A stretch of DNA of 63,988 nt, counting the filler, from Rozella allomycis CSF55 (lineage: Eukaryota), in assembly GCA_000442015.1 (NCBI GenBank). It is 18 parts of 18 records of this genome, joined end to end, with 100 filler letters (N's around TTAATTAATTAA, not from the genome) between each part and the next. Parts side by side here need not be neighbours in the genome. Positions count along the whole stretch, not along the records: positions 62,883 to 63,988 come from KE561255.1; 17 more parts are not named here. One strand, 5' to 3'. This document shows positions 63,189 to 63,988 of the stretch, piece after piece (the stretch's first letter is position 1; each line of letters opens with the position of its first letter). A model generated the notes under the pieces. The model was not told the origin of the DNA, made no database searches, and saw only the letters and a program-made list of their open reading frames with translations. The translations under genes and the position numbers were made by a program.

Positions 63189-63571
63189 CTACTCGACAGT
63201 TAAACAATAAAGACTCAATCTTTGATTTTATTTAAAAGAAATTCAAAAGTTTAAACAACGAGCGTGTTCTAATAGTACATTTTTACCTGCTGGCCGGTTT
63301 ATTTATACCTAGAATGTCGTTATATGAATTTTTCCTAGAAACACTCTTTCTGAAATAGGAAATACTACAAGACATGCCGTATCAAATATCATTAATAGAT
63401 GATATATGGGCAGATAATGCTCCCAATGATTCGCATCATTCGAAATTTTTGTGACAATCTGATAGACAAATGACCTTAAGTTTTAATTTTCCTTCCTTTT
63501 CTCAGCTAATGATTATAGAAGACTTGATAGCTTAAATGCATTAAATATAAATTGGTTTATTATGCGTATGT

Positions 63572-63988
63572 TTAATAATCTTCGAATCTTGATTTCTTAA
63601 ACTTTGGATAAGACAAAACAAGGTCTACAGGCTTTGGCAATGAAAATTCCTTGTCTTCTTCATTTTGAGTCCATTGTTCACCATGTCCTAATTCACTAAA
63701 TTGGGTGCCATATTCGCTTTCATGAAATATGCCATCATGGATTTCGTGGTAAAAATAATCTTCATCGTCTGCATATACATTTGAAAGTTCGTGTTCGAAA
63801 TTTTCATTGTCATCGAAAACGGCATCTTCCATTTCCAAATTATCTAGGACCTTTTCAGGAACTTTTTCAGGAGAAACTGGAGTGAATGTCATTTTATATT
63901 TCTTTTTTTCATGTTTTACAGCTTTAGAAATTACTGTATTTTGCAAAGTTTTAACGACTCTATCTTTGTAGCTGGACAAGAAAGAAAA
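63572..63988 (-). CDS. 3' fragment of an unidentified acidic protein
   Basis: Open frame running off the window end. Confidence 0.45.
   Translation of the reverse strand, partial: FSFLSSYKDRVVKTLQNTVISKAVKHEKKKYKMTFTPVSPEKVPEKVLDNLEMEDAVFDDNENFEHELSNVYADDEDYFYHEIHDGIFHESEYGTQFSELGHGEQWTQNEEDKEFSLPKPVDLVLSYPKFKKSRFEDY

Overview
This window is not one locus. It is a concatenation of 18 small contigs joined by 100-nt artificial spacers (44 N + TTAATTAATTAA + 44 N). The source is an AT-rich, very compact eukaryotic genome with tiny spliceosomal introns (mostly 26-30 nt), so the ORF track fragments most genes. Manual splicing recovers flagellar genes (CC2D2A/MKS6, an RJL GTPase), an actin WAVE-complex gene (BRK1/HSPC300), ITPK1 and a 7TM-RGS. 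It also recovers housekeeping genes (RPS8, MAT1, eIF2B-gamma, importin-7, NUS1, CWH41, RRP46, OMA1, GCP2, RPP30, SH3-RasGEF), several Crinkler-type NTPase/REase/kinase genes, ankyrin repeats, and Copia, Gypsy and MULE fragments. This content suggests a zoosporic, early-diverging fungal parasite, plausibly Rozella-like (inference, not verified). Exact 40-nt contig-end overlaps indicate a k=41 de Bruijn assembly, and single-N junctions flanked by near-identical copies look like two haplotypes. The most interesting signals are: (1) a signal-peptide protein carrying about 12 acidic Atg8-interacting (LIR/AIM)-like and SIM-like motifs, a candidate host-autophagy effector; (2) repeated local C-rich to G-rich strand-skew switches that ignore gene orientation and also affect introns (origin-like); (3) length-constrained micro-introns, including GC donors and two candidate GT-TG introns; (4) tandem GATA factors with an atypical CX2C-X21-CX2C finger; (5) a 2.5-kb contig bounded by inverted repeats. 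All family calls come from motif recognition only; no database search was run.
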